From: Eledone cirrhosa
Lineage: Eukaryota
Reading direction: 5' to 3'
NCBI GenBank assembly: GCA_964016885.1
Contig: CAXHJY010000471.1
Location: 1 to 8,505, forward strand
DNA: 8,505 nt
Shown here: piece after piece, positions 7,416 to 8,505 of the stretch
Layout of the letters: every line of letters starts with the position of its first letter
How positions within the stretch are numbered: position 1 is the stretch's first letter
Translations under genes and position numbers: made by a program
Notes under the pieces: generated by a model
What the model saw: the letters and a program-made list of their open reading frames with translations, nothing else
The model's database searches: none
Told to the model about the DNA's origin: nothing

Positions 7416-7704
7416 TTTAAATAAATATAAACACTCTAGAATAAATAGTTTTCTGTCATACAACTAGAGGCGGTTTCAGATGCTTTGGTTTAAAAAGTTC
7501 TAAAATAGGTGTTTTACCAGGTAAAACTAAAATCCATGTTTCAAATGTATAGGTGAAATAGAGACGAAGGAGAAAATAATAACTCTAAGAGACTTGTGAG
7601 ACACTTTTTATTGAGACACAACAATCCTATTGTCATATTTTATGACCAACTATATAATCTATTATTTAGGCTTGGCTGAGTTCATTATACATGAAAGCTA
7701 GGCA

Positions 7705-8440
7705 AGAGGCTGAAAATATCGTCTTGGGTGTATTCACCTTAATCCCGAACACAACAAAATTCAATGCTCTAAGCCCTCCCCGTTCTAAAAATTGTTCACT
7801 TATAGTGGCGTTGCCTCAGTTTAGGTGAAGGCTCAATTCACAAGCTCTTCCACCTTCCAAGCTACAACAGATTCTTTTGGGTCTTTGTCAAAAAAATTCT
7901 TTTCAACTTTGCGGGATTCTCCTTTCATCTACTTCTTAATCATGGGATTTCTGTGAGCGATATACCCGAGAAGGAAGCCACTACCGGCTTTGCATCGAAC
8001 TCGGCAATTCATAAATATCTCAATCTACTTCTCCAGGCTCCTCATTGAGAACAAACACGCGTGTATCTTTTCAAGCCAGCTCAGTCAATTTCCATTACTC
8101 TCAAACAACGAACCTTAATGCTAGCCCCTATACTCCTCAAATTCTCCAATCTCTCTCTCTCTCTCTCTCTCGCTCTCTACCTTTGGAAACACACTATGGT
8201 ATATCACATTCCAAACGACGTCACAATCCCTTTTGTCTGTCAATTACCATTCTTTCGTATTCACTTTCAATATCGCCACCTTTAATCTCTCTCCGTCTTT
8301 AACGGCCACCAGTATAGCTATCAGATCTACTTTAAGCTTACATACACTCGAACGTGTCCTCCTGTCAAAACTGCCAGTATGTGGCCTTCACACACCTCAT
8401 ATCTCTTGTATTGGTAACTTCCTGTCAGATCGTAATCCGG
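7705..8440 (+). pseudogene. Heavily decayed LINE ORF2 (tether and N-terminal reverse-transcriptase region; CR1/Jockey-group-like, not RTE)
   Basis: Ordered fragments across frames: RFFWVFVKKILFNFAGFSF..PEKEA..FASNSA, LKQRTLMLAPILLKFSNLSL..WKHTMVYHIP, VNYHSFVFT (cf. NYRPIALT), NGHQYSY..RST (cf. DHQYGFR..RST) and VLLSKLPVCGLH..ISCIGNFLSDR (cf. ALLSKLPSYG..ISSFLSDR). There are frameshifts and stops, and most of the LDISKAFD motif is missing. Confidence 0.75.
8150..8178. repeat. (TC)n microsatellite within the LINE relic
   Basis: Read directly: (TC)11 plus a short degenerate extension. Confidence 0.9.
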
Positions 8441-8505
8441 GCCTTTGCTAATGAAACTCTCCTATGGCAAACATTAAAATAACGTTACAGACATTATATA
8501 ACAAC

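Noticed and set aside
8045-8451. Three overlapping plus-strand ORFs as genes
   Set aside because: They are frameshifted pieces of a dead LINE ORF2.

Overview
Non-genic, repeat-rich eukaryotic DNA. The SINE family suggests a cephalopod, probably Octopus (inference). No intact host gene is supported. The main feature (1636-6620) is a head-to-tail array of eight minus-strand, non-autonomous RTE-clade-derived retroelements inside an (ACAT)n microsatellite. Seven belong to a 606-bp family A (five full-length, two 5'-truncated) and one is a diverged family B copy. Read on the minus strand, each A unit has an 85-nt structured 5' domain with compensatory base changes between A and B (candidate self-processing RNA), an RTE-type 5'UTR, the C-terminal C2H2 zinc-finger tip of the RTE ORF (missed by the ORF track), a 3' stem-loop and a (TATG)n tail. 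A3-A7 are nearly identical, share an interrupted linker and end in a 5'-truncated copy, which resembles a concatemeric insertion. The flanks hold two tRNA-derived SINE relics, a hAT-like relic, a ~124-bp palindrome, microsatellites and a decayed non-RTE LINE ORF2. All alignments and folds were done by eye.
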